A stretch of 64,000 nt of DNA from Candidatus Methylomirabilis tolerans. GTDB lineage: Bacteria; Methylomirabilota; Methylomirabilia; Methylomirabilales; Methylomirabilaceae. How positions within the stretch are numbered: position 1 is the first letter of the stretch; every line of letters begins with the position of its first letter. Position numbers and translations under genes: made by a program. Positions 61,751 to 64,000 of this stretch are shown piece by piece. The notes beneath the pieces were generated by a model, which was not told where the DNA came from, ran no database searches, and saw only the letters and a program-made list of their open reading frames with translations. The stretch is from positions 37,655 to 101,654 of the forward strand of contig JAIOIU010000102.1 in the NCBI GenBank assembly GCA_019912425.1, read 5' to 3'.

Positions 61751-62938
61751 TTACACGGAGGACGCTGTCTTGATGGACGCGAAGGCCTCACAGATACGGT
61801 TGATCTGGTCAGGGGTATGCGCCGCACTGACACTGCATCGGAGCAGGCTCCCCCCATCTGGGGCGGCCGGCGGCAAGATCATATTTACGTAAACGTCTTG
61901 GCGGAGAAGACCGTTCCAGAAGGCAATCGTATCTTCCGCCTGTTCGAACCGTACTGCTATGATCGGACTGGGTTCCGGGCTAAGCCTGAATCCTAACCCC
62001 TTTAACCAATCGAACAATCGTTGCGCATTCGTCCAGAGCTTCATACGCAGCTCAGGTTCTGTTTGGAGTCTTCGCAGAGCAACCCTCGTGGAAGCAATCA
62101 CTGAGGGACATGGGGATGCGGTGAAAATATACGGACGGCTCGCATACCTGATCAGTTCCATCACGGGATGATCCGAGACGCAGAATCCACCGGTAGCGCC
62201 AAGACTCTTGCTGAAGGTCCCGACGATAAAATCGACGCTACCCTCGACGCCGGCCTCTTCGGAGCGCCCGCGGCCCCGTTCCCCCAAGACTCCGAGCGAG
62301 TGAGCTTCGTCTACGAGCAGATAGGCGCCATGCTCCTGTTTCAAGGCTGCTATCTCCACCAGCGCTGCGCGATCCCCCAACATACTATAAATGCCTTCCG
62401 CGATGATCAGCGTATTAGGACAACGCTTCCCCAGACGTGTTAGACGCTTATGGAGGTCGGCCGTATCGTTGTGGCGAAACCGAATAATCTCAGCGCCGCT
62501 CATCCGGCAGCCATCATAGATACTCGCATGACAGTCGGCATCGATCAGGATCACGTCGCCATGGCCCGCGAGCGCCGAAATCACTCCAAGGTTAGCCAGA
62601 TAGCCGGTCGAAAAGACATCACACCATCGACGTCCATAAAATTCGGCCAGCTCTTGCTCTAACGCAAGGTGTCCACTAAAATTACCATTCGCCATTCTGG
62701 AACCGGTGGTACCGGTTCCTTGCTCCCGTACAGCGTTGACCGCGGCATCAATACACTCAGGGTCGAACGTTAATCCCAGGTAGTTATTCGTCCCTGCCAG
62801 GATCACCTGCCGGCCGTTCACGATAGCTTCAGTCGGCGACACAAGGCGCTCAATCGTCACACGAAAGGGATCCTCGCTTACCCGCGCTAACGACGTCCGG
62901 GCGTCAGCCAACTGTCTAAATTTCTTGAGAAGGGCCAT
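61751..62938 (-). CDS. alpha-oxoamine synthase, serine-palmitoyltransferase-like
   Basis: 395 aa. GTNNYLGLTFDP...GTGTTGSRMANG, STGYLANLG, RFRHND, PLP-lysine GTFSKSLG, RPYIFTAS, YVNMILPPAAPDGGSLLRCSVSAAHT. From memory this tracks bacterial SPT more closely than BioF or Kbl. Confidence 0.75.
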   Translation of the reverse strand: MALLKKFRQLADARTSLARVSEDPFRVTIERLVSPTEAIVNGRQVILAGTNNYLGLTFDPECIDAAVNAVREQGTGTTGSRMANGNFSGHLALEQELAEFYGRRWCDVFSTGYLANLGVISALAGHGDVILIDADCHASIYDGCRMSGAEIIRFRHNDTADLHKRLTRLGKRCPNTLIIAEGIYSMLGDRAALVEIAALKQEHGAYLLVDEAHSLGVLGERGRGRSEEAGVEGSVDFIVGTFSKSLGATGGFCVSDHPVMELIRYASRPYIFTASPCPSVIASTRVALRRLQTEPELRMKLWTNAQRLFDWLKGLGFRLSPEPSPIIAVRFEQAEDTIAFWNGLLRQDVYVNMILPPAAPDGGSLLRCSVSAAHTPDQINRICEAFASIKTASSV

Positions 62939-63186
62939 TACCTCGGCTCCAGGAGTTGCTCAATCTGCCTGGCGAAATCTCCAATAGTCCGTACGTCCGA
63001 GACGATGTTTAAAGGAATAGAAATGTCGAATCGTTCCTCTACCTCGAGCAATAGTTCCATGACCTTCAGCGAATCGAGATCGAGATCGGCGACGAGCTCT
63101 GTCTCTTCCGAAAGGGTCTGTCCGTTCTGCCCATGCGGTCGCAGGATTTCGTAGAGTTGCGGCAGTATTGCCTCGTAGTGAGCCAT
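62938..63186 (-). CDS. acyl carrier protein
   Basis: 82 aa. The phosphopantetheine site DLDLDSLKVMELLLEVEERF. The TAATG junction overlaps the SPT-like start. Confidence 0.85.
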   Translation of the reverse strand: MAHYEAILPQLYEILRPHGQNGQTLSEETELVADLDLDSLKVMELLLEVEERFDISIPLNIVSDVRTIGDFARQIEQLLEPR

Positions 63187-63236
63187 CTGTGAGTCAGCCT
63201 GACGTATATTGGGTTAGGCGGCCGCCCTTATCCTGG

Positions 63237-64000
63237 TCAGGGAAGGCCAAAAGTAAGTCGCAGACCTTCTTCCAAACGCACCTTTGGCGTCCAGCCGGAA
63301 ACCCGGGAGAACGGGATGCTGTCGCAGGTCCAGTCCGGATGTCTGAACTCCCGCACCTTCCCAGGGGTGAACATCGGCGCATATCCTATCATAGATGCGA
63401 CCATCTTGTTGAGCCACGCAATGATATTCATGATCAGCTCAGGCACCCGGAAAGAGAATACCCGTTTTCCCCGAAGTTGCTGGACGGTCTTGATGACCTC
63501 ATGCCAAGTATATCCCTTGGGATACCCATCATCCAACTCGAACGCGTGCTTCTCTCGGACATTGCCCTTCAGCCATTGTATCACGGCCTCCGCAAGGTCT
63601 TCTACGTAGAGTAAGGAGAATCTGGCGTCTTGTCTGCCTAGTATGGGAGCGATCCCATACAGCATCAGGCGAAGCAGGGGACGTATTGCGCGGTCCTCCG
63701 GGCCATAGACCACCGGGGGGCGAAGGGCGGTCCAGGGAAGATCGGCTACTGCGGCTACGGCAAGCTCCCCCAACCGCTTACTGGCTGCGTAGGGCGATAA
63801 TTCCGGCTCTCGAGCCGCCAACGATGATATTAAGAGAAACCGGGGTACGGGACTTCGGCCTGCGGTAATATGCGCCAACCGTGAGACCGCCTCAACATTT
63901 GTTCGATAAAAGTCGGCCTCGGTAATCCCCCGTACTACCCCTGCGCAGTGGATTACGGCATCCACTTCGTCCACCAGGCTTTCGAGACAATTGCGATCTT
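63237..64000 (-). CDS. NAD-dependent epimerase/dehydratase-family reductase (extended SDR), N-terminus beyond window
   Basis: Frame is open to base 64000 (..LESLVDEVDAVIHCAG). Catalytic YAASK. A long C-terminal substrate domain. Confidence 0.8.
   Translation of the reverse strand, partial: DRNCLESLVDEVDAVIHCAGVVRGITEADFYRTNVEAVSRLAHITAGRSPVPRFLLISSLAAREPELSPYAASKRLGELAVAAVADLPWTALRPPVVYGPEDRAIRPLLRLMLYGIAPILGRQDARFSLLYVEDLAEAVIQWLKGNVREKHAFELDDGYPKGYTWHEVIKTVQQLRGKRVFSFRVPELIMNIIAWLNKMVASMIGYAPMFTPGKVREFRHPDWTCDSIPFSRVSGWTPKVRLEEGLRLTFGLP

Noticed and set aside
1-64000. Search for tRNA, rRNA, tmRNA, CRISPR arrays, transposases and phage integrases
   Set aside because: I saw no T-loop-like GGTTCGAATCC/GTTCGA contexts, no rRNA-like conserved blocks, no evenly spaced direct repeats with unique spacers, and no DDE or tyrosine recombinase translations in the ORF track. 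This was an eye scan only, so small RNAs could have been missed.

Overview
High-GC bacterial chromosomal segment. I saw no rRNA, tRNA, CRISPR array, transposase or integrase. All calls rest on reading the ORF translations and DNA by eye and on remembered family motifs; nothing was searched or computed.

Layout:
- 1-14.2 kb: DNA-repair genes (dinB, recD2, recQ) interleaved with toxin-antitoxin modules (one HigB/HigA-like pair, two NTase/HEPN pairs, one orphan MntA). Also a TraR/DksA zinc-finger gene whose 3' end recurs twice as fragments, a membrane-protein plus secreted TPR pair, iscX, a SOD-family gene and an NfuA-like gene.
- 14.2-19.2 kb: an SBP56 (methanethiol-oxidase-like) plus SCO1 pair, decayed M28 peptidase remnants, small envelope proteins, and a 2-Cys peroxiredoxin whose peroxidatic Cys codon is an in-frame TGA followed by a hairpin (selenocysteine candidate).
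- 19.5-29.7 kb: APC permease and a complete kdpFABC-kdpDE locus with an extra small peptide ORF.
- 30.8-47.6 kb: housekeeping genes (DEAD-box helicase, PfkB kinase, nfo, ftsEX-envC-ctpA, tsaD, def, surA-like, mfd, heptose adenylyltransferase, pal). These are peppered with a TCAGC/GCTGA hairpin repeat family that also sits in-frame inside tsaD and forms the def C-terminus.
- 47.8-64 kb, all on the minus strand: the most interesting locus. A sphingolipid-type module (epimerase/reductase, ACP, serine-palmitoyltransferase-like synthase) is followed by a NeuB / KdsC-like phosphatase / CMP-sugar-acid cytidylyltransferase module. Then come a sugar-acid tailoring block (SDR, ALDH, enolase-superfamily dehydratase, ketopantoate-reductase-like, fused transketolase), an uncharacterised surface-carbohydrate protein, an MsbA-like exporter and a CDP-alcohol phosphatidyltransferase. 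I read this as a candidate pathway for an ulosonic-acid-decorated sphingolipid or aminolipid, a chemistry I do not recall being described for bacteria.
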